Source: Octopus sinensis
Taxonomy: Eukaryota
Direction: 5' to 3'
Assembly: GCF_006345805.1 (NCBI RefSeq)
Contig: NC_042999.1
Coordinates: forward strand, 102,300,001 to 102,364,000
DNA length: 64,000 bases
The notes beneath the pieces are model-generated. The model saw only the letters and a list, made by a program, of their open reading frames with translations, searched no databases and was not told the origin of the DNA. Numbering within the stretch: the stretch's first letter is position 1; each line of letters starts with the position of its first letter. The position numbers and the translations under genes were made by a program. Below are positions 38,410 through 51,555 of the stretch, piece after piece.

Positions 38410-39797
38410 CTAGCTGAATTGCCCGGCGATGCTCGGGGCTGAATTGCTTGAAAGTACTGTTAATGATTGCACTGAATTATGATGATTATTCAGGCAAATA
38501 TTGATATTAGTTTACGGCGAAGTGTTTGTCGGAAGTCCCCTGAAAGAAGAAGTGTTATGCCACCCATGGGAGCTGAAGAGTGTTTGATGTCTGTGAGAGA
38601 TCTATCTAGTGCCCCAAGAGCACGTCTGTGTGCCATCGTGCATTCATCCCAAACGATAAGCTTGCATCGTCTGAAGACTTCTGCCTGATCGCAGCTGTTA
38701 CTGATGTTGCAAGTTGGTGTCTCAGTCTTCGCTAAGTCAAGCGGGAGCTTGAAAGTGGAGTGAGCTGTCCTGCCGCCTGGCAACAAAGTAGCCGCAATTC
38801 CAGATGATGCCACAGCTAGGGCAATGCCTTGTGTTCGCCTAATCTCAGCCAATATTAATTTGTTGACAAAAGTTTTCCCAGTGTCCCCAGGAGCGTCCAG
38901 GAAAAAATCCCCCCAGCTTTGGCCCGGACTGAATTAACAACGGAGTCGTAAGCGAACTTCTGTTCTGGAAGGAGCTTTGGCTCATTGTCGGCTATGTACT
39001 CGGCAAGCTCGTCAGCATTAAAACATGTCTCACGCAGCAAATGTGAAGACAGAGTGTTTGTGCCTTCCCGGTTTGTTGAAGGTAGGCCATAGACCGGCAA
39101 GGCACTACCGCCCATATCAAGTACAGTATCTTCGAACGTAGTTTGTTACCACACAGCCACACCTGCCCCTATGTATGTGTGTGTGTGTGTGTGTGTGTGC
39201 GTATGTGTGTATGGGTAGATATATTATGCATGTATAAATGTGTATATATATATATATGTGTACATATTACATGTACATCTATATATATACATCTACACAT
39301 AAAATACAAAATACAAAGTTATATCTTGCTATCACTAGTGATAACAATACTCAAAATATATAACAGACTGGAATTGTAGGCCTGTCTCTTGCAATTTCGA
39401 TCAATTGGATCTTGTCCTCCCTCTTGTATAGAAGTGTACAGGCTGCAGCGAAATTCATTTTTGGACTTTCTTCTATCGAAGGCATTTTAACAAAAATGCT
39501 TCCGTAAAGACGGTGAAAATATTGTCAATTTCCCCAAACAGGGACATAATTCAATTTTTAAACAATAACGAAAGCCCCTTCTCCGAAAGGAGGAGGGTTA
39601 CGGTTTACAATTATTTAACAAATGCAACACAACAACGTTTCCCTGACGAGGAACCAACAAACGTGATTACAATAGTCAAACAGTAATAATAATAACAACA
39701 AACCTTTTTAATTTATCCCCATTTATGTGAAACCACTTATTGAAGTTCAAGTCATTGATGCAATTTTATACGAATTGCTAATACACACACACACACA

Positions 39798-39838
<41 letters not shown>

Positions 39839-40271
39839 AAGGGTGAAAAATTGAATATTAATTTGATTAATATGAATTGAAAACCAGTGGTGTAGCATAT
39901 AAGACCATAGCGGTACTTCCTCTAGCAAAAAGGATGACCACTATTAATGGCTCATCCCTGTTATATAATACTTTCACTTTAACAGTTTCACACTTGCAAA
40001 GAGAAAGTAGGAGAAAGTGTGGTGGTAATGGAAGGAGTGAAGCGCTTGAAATGAGAGATGCAAATCGTAAAATATTGAGTTTTATCGAATTTTTGCTTAA
40101 TTGGGGGTCAAATTGAAAAAACTTTATATGCCATGACCCAATCGAATCTACTTGGAAAAATCATAGGTAAATTCCAATTGAAGAAATTCTATATTGTAGA
40201 ATTGTATTAAAAAGGAACATGGGAACAGGCAGAGAAAATCTGCCTTTTATCATAAGATAAGAGATAAGAGA
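38410..40271 (-). mobile_element. Helitron copy 2 (1862 bp), internally deleted
   Basis: CTAG at 38410 and hairpin; 5' A|TCTCTTATCTCTTATCTTATGATAAAAGGCAG; reverse complement of copy 1 except for the deletions. Confidence 0.92.
38520..39133 (-). pseudogene. Helitron PIF1 helicase N-terminal fragment
   Basis: ORFs 38855-39115 and 38490-38852: AVASSGIAATLLPGGRTAHSTFKLP, WDECTM, GDFRQTL. Confidence 0.92.
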
Positions 40272-40623
40272 TATAATATGTATTGTAATGAATAAATTAG
40301 ATATTTGGGCTTTGCTTATAACTGAACAAGATGTATCTCTACGTATGTAGGAAAAACTAATTCTTTGGTTATTAAATATAGAAAAATGTGTGTAAATATC
40401 AGAAAAATGAGACTTGTTAATAATAATTATATTACTTTGAGTATAGACATAAAGTTTAAATAGGCTTTTGTGTATCGTAAACTTATAGAATTCTGAATAA
40501 ATTTATAATATATATAATTGATTCGCTGAATATGTATCGATTATATTTGTAATTGTTATTGGAAACAAATCTTTTGTAATAATATGATTATTATTTATGG
40601 ATTTGTCAATGATGAATTAAGTG

Positions 40624-40872
40624 GAAGTGGAGGTGTGTGGCTTAGTGGTTAGGGTGTTAGATCGTAAGATTGTAGTTTCAATTCCTGGATCGGACAACAC
40701 GTTGTGCTCTTGAGCAAAACCTTTCATTTTACGCTGCTCCAGCTCATTCAGCTGGCAAAAGTGAGTAATCCCGCGACGGACTGGCGTCCCGTCCAGGTAG
40801 GGAATTTATACGCCATGGAAGCCGGGAAACCGGCTGTTTTGAGGCTGTATGACTTGGAAAGAAACCTTTAAG
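40624..40872 (+). mobile_element. tRNA-derived SINE family D
   Basis: A box tggcttagtgg, B-box-like agtttcaattcc, central gcgacggactggcgtcccgtccagg motif. Confidence 0.7.
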
Positions 40873-41409
40873 TTAAATAGACGTTTCGAGTATGTCGAGT
40901 GACCACATAAAGATTTCCATGTTTACTCGGGACGGGTGAGGCTGCTGTAGACGACCAGCTTCTACTGAACGTTGATAACAGTAGGGAAAAACACACAGCT
41001 GCAGTACCGAGGATGTTGGATTGAACAAAGTTTTTAATGCAGGATTTGGGGCATAAAACAGAATAACAATGATGAGAAGAAAGAACGTAGTGAGGAATCA
41101 GGTGGGTTTAGATAGAATGAGTACACAGTTACTTCAGAGGAGCAGGAATAGAAGAGGCAAACATGCGTAGTGTGTTGGGGGTGGTGGTGAAGATTTGTCA
41201 GTCAATCGGATGGTAGCGAAAATCCTATCCATTGTTTTACAGTGAATTCTTAAGCTAACTAAAAATAAAAATTTAATGCGAATAAAGGAATCGCTATACT
41301 TTAGTTAGACATGCTAGAAATAACAACCAAATCTCCCTCAAACCACACTATACAATCTGATACAAATGTAACCCTAAAAAGACAGATGATAGAATCAAGA
41401 ATATTGTAA

Positions 41410-41800
41410 AGGTGTCGCAGTGTGTTAAGAGGTTTGCTTCTCAACCATATGATTCCGGATTCAGTCTTCAACTATAATACCGGACCGACCAGAGCCTTGT
41501 GAGTGGATATGGTAGATGGAAATTGAAAGACTGAAAGATTGCCGTATATATGTATACATCTCTATGTGTGTGTGTGTGTGTGTGTTTGTCTCCTACCACT
41601 GCTTGATAACTTTTGTTGGTTTATTTACGTTCCCGTAATATAGCGGATCGGCTTAAAAGAAACCAGAAGAATAAGTATCCAGGCTTTTAAAAAAATTAGT
41701 ATAGGTGGGAGTGAGGGTTGATTCATTCGACTAAAACTCTTCAAGGCAATGCCCCAGCTTGGCCGCTGCCTAATGATTGAAACAAATAAAAGGTAAAAGA
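41410..41800 (+). mobile_element. SINE family A, diverged
   Basis: Head, ccttgtgagtggatatggtagatgg, internal TG array and tail. Confidence 0.8.
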
Positions 41801-42064
41801 CCATTGTTTTACAGAGAATTCTTACGTTAAATGTAAAAATATAAAGCGAACGAAGAACCCGCTACGCAGTCGTTAGACATGCTAGAAAGAAGGACCAAAT
41901 CTTTCTCAGATCATACCAAACAACCTTAAACAAACACATAGTATGTTGTAGTTCTCCATAATCCTAAAATGACTCATGATCACAACAGGAATGTTTTTGA
42001 TCATTGTTGACCGGCACTAAACAACATAAAAGTCCGTCACGTGTAATTAATATTTCATGACTGT

Positions 42065-42490
42065 AAGGCGGCGAGTTGGCAGAATCCTTACGACGGCGAG
42101 CTGGCAGAATCGTTAGCACTCCGGGCGAAATGCTTAGCAGTATTTCGTCTGCCGTTACGTTCTGAGTTCAAATTCCGCCGAGGTCGACTTTGCCTTTCAT
42201 TCTTTCGGGGTCGATAAATTAAGTACCAGTTACACACTTGGGTCGATGTAATCGACTTAATCCCTTTGTCTGTCCTTGTTTGTCCCCTCTGTGTTTAGCC
42301 CCTTCTGGGCAATAAAGAAATAAGCATCTTTACCACGCCGGAAAAATTGCTGAGAGGCATTTCTTCCGACATTGCCTTCTGAGTTCAAATGCCGTCGGGA
42401 TTGACTTTTTCCTTTCATCCTTTCGGGGTTGATAAAATAAATACCAGTTGAACAATGGGGTCGATGTAATTGATTTACCTCCTCTCCGGA
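42065..42490 (+). mobile_element. SINE family B with duplicated 5' end, plus a second partial copy
   Basis: ggcggcgagttggcagaatccttac is followed directly by gacggcgagctggcagaatcgttagc. Confidence 0.85.
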
Positions 42491-42744
42491 CTTGTATGTA
42501 TTGCTGATGTTGTTCAGCCCCGGTCAGCAACGATCATAAGCATTCCTGTTGTGACCATCAGTCATTTCAGGATTATAGGGAACTATAATACACACACACA
42601 CGCGCGCGCGCGCGCGCGCGTACACACGCACAATAAATACACACAGATATATACATATATACATATTCCTGAGCGCCATACTAATACAATTGTTTGTTTG
42701 TATTCCACCTGCCTTCGTCTTTTGTTTATTTTCATAAAGCTTCC

Positions 42745-42799
42745 TGGTATATATATATGTATATGTATATGTATATGTATATATATATATATAATATAT

Positions 42800-42886
<87 letters not shown>

Positions 42887-42917
42887 ATATATATTATATA
42901 TATACATATATGTATAT

Positions 42918-43000
<83 letters not shown>

Positions 43001-43027
43001 TATATATATATATATATAATATATATA

Positions 43028-43080
<53 letters not shown>
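42745..43080. repeat. Very long (TA)n array
   Basis: Directly visible. Confidence 0.95.
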
Positions 43081-43083
<3 letters not shown>

Positions 43084-43479
43084 CAGTCTTCTTTCAGTTT
43101 CCATCTACAAAAATTTGGAACCAATATTTCATGACTGTCTACCTTCTCTTAAGCAGTATCAGATAGCTCGATAGTTCTCCCTGTTGTCGTCTATGGAGCA
43201 TTTTCTGAAGTGTGAAAGCACGATGTACTTAGCATCAGTCTCGTTTCAACAGACTGAATATTTTTCAGAAGTTGTTGGGAGAGATGGCAGAATCGTTAGG
43301 GCATCAGACAGAATTCTTTGCAATATTTATGCTGGCTCTTTGCGAACAGAGTTCAAATTCCGTCTTAGGATTCAAATCCTTATGCTTGCCAGAGCTAATG
43401 GCCTGACAATGGAACTGCAATTGAATACAAGAAAGTTGCAATGAATGGAGGAGCAATTGTGTTATCTGATACTGTAGTC

Positions 43480-43790
43480 GGGCAAGAAAAAAATTTGCGT
43501 CAAAACGACACGAAATGATTATCAAGTTTTGAATAATGACGATGATTAACAGTTTAGTCACGAGTAAGGAAATTAAAATAGAATTCTTTGTTAAAAATTT
43601 TCCGATTCTTCTAATATTGGCGAGAGACAAATTCATGGAATTTTAAATGACGGTATACCATCTTTAAATCTGATTCTTTATTCAAATAGATTCACAATGG
43701 TAAGAAATTTTTTAATCTAACAAGTGATACATTTCCCAAAATTTGACAATCATTTCGTGTCGTTTTGGTTTAGATTTTTTTTTCTCTTGT
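43480..43790. mobile_element. MITE with >=31-bp inverted repeats
   Basis: caaaacgacacgaaatgattatcaagttttg (43501-43531) versus 43737-43767, 29/31 inverted match. Confidence 0.7.
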
Positions 43791-44390
43791 CAGTTTCTCA
43801 TTATTGTAAAAGATAGATACATTTGCAGACAAATGAATGGACAATGAGGGAGCCTGTACATGGTTACTCAACCAGCTAGAAATGACAGCAACATCTCCGC
43901 CAAATGACTCCCTAAAATGAGCTAGCAGAGAAATAGCTACGTAGTCATATAACCCTCACGAAATAACAACTAAATTTTTTTCAGATAATACACTAACGTA
44001 TTAAAAAATGGAAGAGCACGTTGTATTCCTAAGATACAGAATGCATTGAAAATGCAATGGAACGACTTTGATCACAGCTCGGATCCTTCAGGGCTTGCCT
44101 CGGACAAAGCAACAATAATAACCTCATGCAAGTCTACATTCATCCGTTTGATTGATGTTACTATGATATCCTGCAATAAATGATCTATTCACAATACGTA
44201 TATTTGGGCGTCACTGTAGTTTATTGATGAACTAACTGTTAATGCATTGTTTTACTCTTTCACTGGCAAATATTTTTTAGATGCAGCCAATTCTGGAGTG
44301 CTTCCTTCAAGAGTTTCATATAAAGTAATAAGTCATGTGTATGGTGAAAAGCGCAAGTTATTTCGTTTGGCAGATATCTGTATGCACGAG

Positions 44391-44620
44391 AAGGCGGCGA
44401 GCTGGCAGAATCGTTAGCACGCCGGGCGAAGTGCTTAGCGGTATTTCGTCTGAGTTCTGAGTTCAAATTCCGCCGAGGTCGACTTTGCCTTTCATCCTTT
44501 CGGGGTCGATAAATTAAGTACCAGTTACACATTGGGGTCGATGTAATCGACTTAATCCCTTTATCTGCCCTTGTTTGTCCCCTCCATGTTTAGCCCCTTG
44601 TGGGCAATAAAGAAATAAAA
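44391..44620 (+). mobile_element. SINE family B, young-looking full copy
   Basis: Very similar to the copies at 42090-42325, 57358-57590 and 59040-59275. Confidence 0.9.
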
Positions 44621-45029
44621 TATTAGTATTCATCAGTAAATAATTTATTTGGTGAATTTATAAACAAGAACCTATAACTCTTGTTAGATTCATTAGACTG
44701 GGGTAGCTTTGGATGAGAGGACGCAACGATGTCGAAACAGGGGTTCCTGAAGTCTCCTTGTAACTAAAGATCATTCTGTTCATGCTCAAATCTGCCGGAA
44801 CGTATTAAGAATGAATATATATGCCATTGTAAATATAAAGCTCATAGTACGGAACTTATTCAATTGATTTCTATTTATCGAATGGCTAAGTCAACCTTGG
44901 AGTAAAAGCATTTCACTCTTAAAAATGAGAACAAGTTATGTTTGCTTAGTTATAAAAGGGCGTTAGAGATATTACACTGGACTTCGAAAGTACAGAATGA
45001 TTCACTTCTTTCTATAGAAATATTGGTTT

Positions 45030-45230
45030 CAAATTTTGGCACAAGGCCAGCAATTTCATGGGAGTGAGTAAGTCGATTACATCAATTGGTTGTAATTTTA
45101 TCGACCCCGAAAAGATGAAATGCAGAGTTGACCTCGGTGGAATTTGAACTCAGAACGTAGAGACGAACGAAATGCCGCTAAGCATTTTCTCTGACGCAGT
45201 AACGATTCTGTCAGCTTGCCGCCTTGTCTC
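45030..45230 (-). mobile_element. SINE family B
   Basis: Reverse-complement match to family B. Confidence 0.8.
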
Positions 45231-46904
45231 TATATAAATATCAACAGTATCTGCAGTTTCTCAGATGGAAAGACTATGAGAAAAGCCTTCATTTTCACGT
45301 TGTTGTTGTTGGTAGTATTTTAACCTAAGTCGACCCTGTTTAAACAGAAGGCGTATGATCAAAGCCTTCGGACCGGCTTATGATCAAAGACATTCAAACT
45401 GTAACCATCCCGCCTTTGTCAAGCATTATATAATGTATCGTTCCTTTGTTTGTGAGGTAGTATATAAACACAGTATGGCCGAATGGCTAAGAAGTTAGTT
45501 TTACAATTGCCAGGTGGCAGGTTCCACCTCAGGGTGTGGCACCTCGGAAGAGTGTCTTTTATTCTAGCTTCGAGCCAACCTATGCCTTATTCTTAGTTCC
45601 ATATTTACCTAAGAAAATCAGCAGTTCCTCGTAAAAAGGAGTTCCTACATGCTTCATTAAGAAGAGACAAACACAGAAACAAGTAATATTACGTCAAATG
45701 TGTATGCTCTTATCCATTCCATTACATAACCAGAAGAAATATTTGACTCAAGATGTCAGCACGCAGAGGGTTATTTTTTCTCTATACGTGTCATGATTTG
45801 AACAAATCTTGTATCACTAGCAAGAGTAAACTATTATCTGAAAGAAATGTAGCTTTTTAACTAATGTTTTTCAATTTGATCTTGTATGTAACTGATTTCG
45901 TTTCATATAAAACCTTTAGCTCACCTGGCGTATGACATGTTCACCTAGCATATGACATGTTCACTAGAGCTTAATACAAATTACCATAACAAAACAAATT
46001 GTAGTATAAAAACAAAAATACGAAACAAAATTAAACAAAATGAGATGATTTCTTTATTTATTATGATTAGTTTTTTAATCAGCAATTATTGAAATGAAAT
46101 AAAAATTTGCTCTTTTTAGTTTCAATAAATTCTGAAATATCAAAGTTGATACTTCTCAAACAAGCAATTAAGCAAACAATGATGAAAGTGAGACACGTTA
46201 TTTGTTATTGTGGTGGTACTGGGTTTAGTTCCAGATCAGCTCTGTTTGAGGGCAGACATATAAGCAAAGATATTGCCGTATATATATATTTAACCTAACC
46301 ACTAAGCGACGTCATAAGGTCGCGGGTTCGACTGTCAGCGGTGTGTTGTGTCTTTGAGAATGGCGCTCTATTTTCTGTTGCTCCAGTCCACTGAGCTGTC
46401 AAAAATGTGCAGTACCTTTATTTGGAAGGGCCAGCCTTGTTACCTTGTGTCTTACGCTGACTCTTCACGAAAACTATATACAGTGTACGCGTGTCTGTGG
46501 AGTGCTCAGCCATTTGCATGCTAATTACACGAGCAGACTGCCCGGTGATCGAACCAACAGGCACCCTCGTCGGCGTAACCGACGGAATGCCAGTTTCCCC
46601 CCCCCCACTTTATGTTAATGTTCTAAAACTCTTTATTTACCTTATGTGAAAATGTAATGTGAACCTTTGCTTTGGCCAAGTTAAAAAAAAAGCTCTTCCT
46701 GTCTTGGCTTCCTCTTTAATAAGCTGTATCATAAGTCATCTTCTAATTACAATCGGGTTCTTAGGACAGTATATGCATTTGTTAGTGTTGAAAACCCTTG
46801 ATATTCACAGATATGTTTTAACAAAGGGAGAAAATACATACATTACTTCAGTTTCAACAAATGTTTTTGCCACCTTGACTTTTCAGCCAGAATACACTGA
46901 TATA

Positions 46905-47280
46905 TTCTTTTATTTGTTTCAGTCATTTGACTGTGGCCATGCTGGAGCACAGCCTTTAGTCGAACAAATCGACCACGGGACTTATTCTTTATAAGCCTTG
47001 TACTTATTCTATCGGTCTTTTTTGCCGAACCGCCAAGTTACGGGGGCGTAGACACGCCAACATCGGTTGTCAAGCGATGCTGGGACACACACACACGCAC
47101 ACACACATATATATATACGACGGGCTTCTTTCAGTTTCCGTCTACCAAATCCACTCACAAGGCTTTGGTCGGCCCAAGGCTATAATAGAAGACACTTACC
47201 CCAGGTGCCACGCAGTGGGATAGAACCTGGTACCATGTAGTTGGTAAGCAAGCTTCTAACCAGTCAGCCACTCCTGCGCC
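46905..47280 (-). mobile_element. SINE family A, full length
   Basis: Ends ...cagccactcctgcgcc (SINE 5' end on minus strand). Confidence 0.9.
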
Positions 47281-47628
47281 CACTGAAATTATAACTGTCG
47301 CATCATTTTGGACGTCAACAGACTGTTCTGGAAATATATTTACGTCGACCAAATTTTCTGCAAATCTTCAACACTAGATGGAAGTTATATGTAATTGTAT
47401 TTCTCAGCATCGTATGTGGGAATGTAATGATTGAATTCCATTAACAATTTGATGGCTTGTTCAAGAAAATATTCTGAACATCATTAAAATTATGTACTAG
47501 AATTATTTTTCCTCATTTGATTACTATTAGAAAATATCCAGTTTCTCTGTTCCTCTCTTGTTGCCTACTATTTGAACTTTTCTTTAAATGTATTTGTTCA
47601 AATCATTCAATTCAGGGTAAAACACACA

Positions 47629-47708
<80 letters not shown>

Positions 47709-48062
47709 GCGCGCACCCACACATCCACGTACGCACACACATCAAACTCGAAATTTAACTTAACGAAAGCATCCACTTGGGATCTGAAAATCTTGAAAAT
47801 AGAGGACATATTTTGCGGATTGAAAGAAAAATTCTACTTCACTTTGTAGAAACATGATTTGCTGCAGAACTTTAACGCAGAAAAATGTTCATATTCAGAT
47901 CAAATTCAAGAATAAAATTCGCTGAAGTGTTCCTTAAAGAGGGATTTTTATTATATGAAGTTTACATTTTGATTGCTGCCAATCATTATTAGATCTGATC
48001 TTTTTAATTATGTATATTTTGAAACAACATTTCCTTGCTTCAAAAAGTAAAAAAATAAACAA

Positions 48063-48480
48063 GTAATTCTTCAGTTTAGTGATATTAAAAAAGTAAATAA
48101 AAATTGAGGGGAAGATAACTTGTAAAGAAACCTACATAAGTCAACATACTGTTAAACAACAAATACTGTAGTAAGGTAACATGGCGAATTACAATTTTCG
48201 CACGTGTATAAATTCATAATTAGTCAACGCCGTGCCAACCACTGAAGAACCTTGTCTCGTGATTCGGCTAATTGGCTGATATTCCAAGATTGATTCATGG
48301 TTGAGGATTTCAATTTCAGGAACAATGAATTGCTGTCCCGCTGGTCTTCCACGTGAAATTCTGATCAGTTCCAAAGTAAATAATATCCAGTATTTATGTT
48401 GACTTATGTAGGTCCCTTTACTAGTTATCACCCCTTAATTTTTATTTACTTTTTTAATATCACTAAACTGAACAATTACC
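48063..48480. mobile_element. Mutator-like (MULE) non-autonomous element
   Basis: ~86-bp TIRs (48063-48148 / 48395-48479) and an exact 9-bp direct repeat aataaacaa at 48054-48062 and 48481-48489. Confidence 0.8.
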
Positions 48481-48560
48481 AATAAACAACCTTAAACTGA
48501 AAAAAAGAAACTATAATATAAATTTCTCTACTTTTTCACAAAATTTTACCAGAACTCCAA

Positions 48561-48964
48561 TTCTTTTTATTCTTTTACTTGTTTCAGTCATTTGACTGCG
48601 GCCATGCTGGAGCACCGCCTTTAGTCGAGCAACTCGACCCCGGGACTTATTCTTTGTAAGCCCAGTACTTATTCTATCGGTCTCTTTTGCCGAACCGCTA
48701 AGTGACGGGGACGTAAACACACCAGCATCGGTTGTCAAGCAATACTAGGGGGACAAACACAGACACACAAACATATACACACACACTTATATATATATAT
48801 ACGACAGGCTTCTTTCAGTTTCCGTCTACCAAATCCACTCACAAGGCATTGGTCGGCCCGGGGCTATAGCAGAAGACACTTGCCCAAGATGCCACGCAGT
48901 GGGACTGAACCCGGAACCATGTGGTTGGTTAGCAAGCTACTTACCACACAGCCACTCCTGCGCC
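48561..48964 (-). mobile_element. SINE family A, full length
   Basis: Near-identical to 18498-18977 apart from the internal microsatellite. Confidence 0.92.
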
Positions 48965-49844
48965 AAGCATACGTTAATACACAAATTTCATTTTAATCCC
49001 TCTTTATTAAAACGAAAAAGAATCTACTTTCCAAAACTATCATTTCAAGTTGTTTAACTAAAAGGACCGTTTGCAAGATAAAATGCCCTTTTACGCTTTC
49101 CAAGTTTTTTTTTCTTTTACATAAACCAAAAGTTGAGCAACTTTATTCACTACAATGGACTGACCTAGTTGAATACTAAATAGTTCATTTGCTTTTATTG
49201 CGGAAATGAAGTGTTCTCTAAGATTTCTCAAAATATTCCCAACTGATATTATTTATTTTGTAACATCGTCTCCACATATAATAACGACATGGCTGCTAGA
49301 TTCACAATGTCCTCTTCAATTGTATAGGTCTCTTTGATTTTGCTATCCGCCAAAAACCTAGCATGACGATGATATAGTTTTTTGGCACAAAAAAAAAAAA
49401 AAATCCCCGACAAAACCAAAGAAAAAAAAAGTACTATTGTCTGAATCACGCAATCATTCTTGTTTTCATTGTTGTTCAATTGCATTTTTTTTTCTTTCAG
49501 ACATAGACTTTTCTTTCTTTCCAAAATCTTTGTAGTCTATCACTAGATGCCTTTTAAGTTTATCGTGTTTCAGCTATTTATTATTTAACATTCCACAATA
49601 CATCATATTACACTGTAGTTTGGTCATTCTATGCATAGTAACATACATAAACTGCAATTGTAAAAATTTGTCTTTATGTTTTGATGTTTTGATGTTGAGG
49701 ATTAACCAGTTAACAACTATAATAGCTTAGATCAAGACATCGGAACGAGACCAGCTTCGATAGTTCTTTCGTCACGAATTCTGTTTAAGCATTGAGATAA
49801 GTAATGAAATCGCAATAGGGTTGCTTAATCCTTTAAAAAAATAG

Positions 49845-49881
<37 letters not shown>

Positions 49882-49892
49882 TCTACATGTAC

Positions 49893-49948
<56 letters not shown>

Positions 49949-49986
49949 TATTTAATACATTTATGCATATACATATACATACACGT

Positions 49987-50282
49987 GGAGGCGCAATGGC
50001 CTAGTGGTTAGGGCAGCGGACTCGCGGTCGTAGGATCGCGGTTTCGATTCCCAGACCGGGCGTTGTGAGTGTTTATTGAGCGAAAACACCTAAAAGCTCC
50101 ACGAGGCTCCGGCAGGGGGTGGTGATCCCTGCTGTACTCTTTCACCGCTCTTTCTCCCACTCTTTCTTCTGTCGGCCTGCTCGCTTAGCCAGCGGGGTGG
50201 CGTCCTTTCAAGGCTAAAACAATGCGAATGCATTGTGACCAGCGATGTGTAACCAACTGATGGACTGGTCGGTCACGTGATG
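49987..50282 (+). mobile_element. tRNA-derived SINE family C with intact Pol III boxes
   Basis: A box tggcctagtgg (49997-50007), B box ggtttcgattcc (50040-50051); body shared with 29988-30250. Confidence 0.88.
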
Positions 50283-50637
50283 TCCACGTGATGGGCATAT
50301 ACATACACACAAATGCGCGCGCGCACACACACATTCTTTTATTCTTTTATTCTTTTACTTGTTTCAGTCATTTGACATCGGCCATGCTAGGGTACTACCG
50401 TGAAGAGCTTGAGTCGAATGAATCGACCCCGATACGTTTTATATTATATATTTTTAAACCCTGGTACTTATTCAATCGGTCTCTTTGTCGAACCGCTAGA
50501 TTACGGTACGTAAACTCACCAATACCAGTTCTTAAGTGGCGCTGGAGGACAAACATTAAGACACAGACACAGCGCTATACATACATACATACATACATAC
50601 ATACATACATACATACATACATACATACATACATACG

Positions 50638-50703
<66 letters not shown>

Positions 50704-50706
<3 letters not shown>

Positions 50707-51519
50707 ACACGAGCTCCATAGAAAAAATCATTCACGACCATTTGCACATGCGGAAGTTGTCTGCACGATTGATTCCCCGGATGCTCACAGAAGCAGGAAC
50801 AAATCAATTGTTCCCAGGCCCTTTTGGCAATGTGCTGAGAAAACGAGGAGGAATTTTCGGCAGACTTATCACACAGGATGAAACATGGGTCCATCACTAT
50901 GATCCAGAGACTAAAGTCCAGTCGAAGTAATGGGGGTATGATAACTCACTACCTCCAAAGAAGGCTTGAGTTCAACCCTCAGCAGGAAAGGTGATGCTCA
51001 CAGTCTTTTGGGGCGAGCGCAGAGTTGTGATGATGTATTTTCTGGCAAAGAGCACTACAATTAACGGAGCATATTATGCTTCTCTGTTGCAGAAATTGCA
51101 GGACGCCATCTAAGCAGAGAGGTGTGACATGCTGACCAAAGGGGTCCGCCTCCTCCAAGATAACGTCCCAGTTCACAATGCGCATGTTGTCCAGATGAAA
51201 GCACACTCCTGCGACAATAAAATCCTTCCTCATCCACCTTACTCTCCCAACCTCACACCATCTGACTTCCAACCATGAAGTCTTTTTTGAAAGGAAGCAC
51301 TTTTCGGATGGTGATGAACTTATTTCCGAGGTAAAGTTTTGGTTCCAGACGCAACCTAAGGACTTCTACAGATAAGGTCTTCACAGCTGCATAAAGCGAT
51401 GGAGAAGCGTGTCACCATTGGTGGTGGCTATGTAGAGAAGGACTAATAATTATGCCAAGTTCCGTTTATCCCAGTCCGTGGGAAGTGGGTTAGAGGAAAT
51501 CTTTAATGAACACCCCTTG
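50704..51519 (+). mobile_element. mariner transposon 3' half (transposase pseudogene plus right TIR)
   Basis: [63 protein letters not shown]; ends aatgaacaccccttg|TA. Confidence 0.92.
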
Positions 51520-51555
51520 TACGTCTAAAGTTGTCTCCTGTACGTACAGAAATTA

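Noticed and set aside
39641-39670. Hammerhead motif in Helitron cargo (ctgacgag...caaacgt)
   Set aside because: GAAA is incomplete and no stem I pairing can be formed.
49987-50065. tRNA gene
   Set aside because: The anticodon and acceptor stems are poorly paired, and the sequence continues as a SINE body shared with 29988-30250.
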